A stretch of DNA of 64,000 nucleotides from the NCBI GenBank assembly GCA_965655095.1, contig OZ296649.1:4650001-4714000 (forward strand). The letters run 5' to 3'. Of the stretch, positions 63,562-64,000 are shown piece by piece. Position numbers and translations under genes: made by a program. The notes beneath the pieces were generated by a model that did not search any database, was not told the origin of the DNA, and was given only the letters and a program-made list of their open reading frames with translations. The DNA is from Haplodiscus bocki (taxonomy: Eukaryota). Each line of letters starts with the position of its first letter. Within the stretch, counting starts at the first letter, position 1.

Positions 63562-64000
63562 TGTCGCAGCATGTCTGTGAAGACTGCGGGCAAGCGTTGA
63601 CTGAAGAAAAGGTTATCCCGGGTCACTCTACGAATAAGGATGAGACTTAACAAACACTAAACTCTATATTTATTCTTAAATTCAAAGTTCTGTATAAATG
63701 ATACGTAGCGTCCACGTAATATTCCTTTGGAAATGTGTTCAGGTAAGTGATATGTAACGTCCTCGTATCACTCCTTGGTGAATGTATTTCATGTAATTTA
63801 AACGTAGTGTCTATATATTGTTCCGGCGTATTGATCCACGTTGGTAATGAACCGCTACGGAACGCACGGTCATTTATTTATTTTTCTAATTGCCTGTTTA
63901 TATTTTAGAGCTGCTATTTTTTGAGTAACTTATGCAATAATGATCATAATACCACCATCACAACAAAGAGAGCAGTAATTAAAAACTAAATTGACAATGT
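63562..64000 (+). repeat. 3' LTR (continues beyond the window)
   Basis: Starts TGTCGCAG like both solo LTRs; 63745-64000 matches the 5' LTR. Confidence 0.9.

Larger units (their letters stand above)
50540..64000 (+). mobile_element. Large Ty3/Gypsy LTR retrotransposon (degenerate) with an extra ~5.4-kb internal region
   Basis: 5' LTR, gag, PR-RT-RH-IN order, polypurine tract and start of the 3' LTR. Confidence 0.92.

Overview
AT-rich, repeat-saturated eukaryotic (animal-like) DNA with two 200-N gaps and no recognisable intact host gene. Almost everything is decayed mobile DNA. (1) Three divergent, pseudogenised Polinton/Maverick (adintovirus-like) elements share one gene order: adenain protease, two tandem minor-capsid-like genes, a small basic protein, a membrane protein, packaging ATPase, a coiled-coil protein, major capsid, then convergent rve integrase and protein-primed PolB. 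The middle copy (16085-29729) is full length, with ~880-bp TIRs, an ACTACT terminus and a 6-bp TSD (ATCATT). (2) Two solo LTRs with 5-bp TSDs each contain the 5' end of gag. (3) A large Ty3/Gypsy element (~50540 to the window end) carries, between pol and the 3' LTR, an antisense gene with several ~70-bp spliceosomal introns. Its spliced product has a C2H2/BED-like zinc finger and resembles a catalytically degenerate hAT-type transposase; this is the most unusual observation. Satellites, hairpins, MITE-like and tRNA-like pieces fill the rest. From memory the repeat families resemble those of the acoel Symsagittifera roscoffensis, which is unverified. All protein assignments come from manual translation across frameshifts and motif recognition, not database searches, and pseudogene boundaries are approximate.
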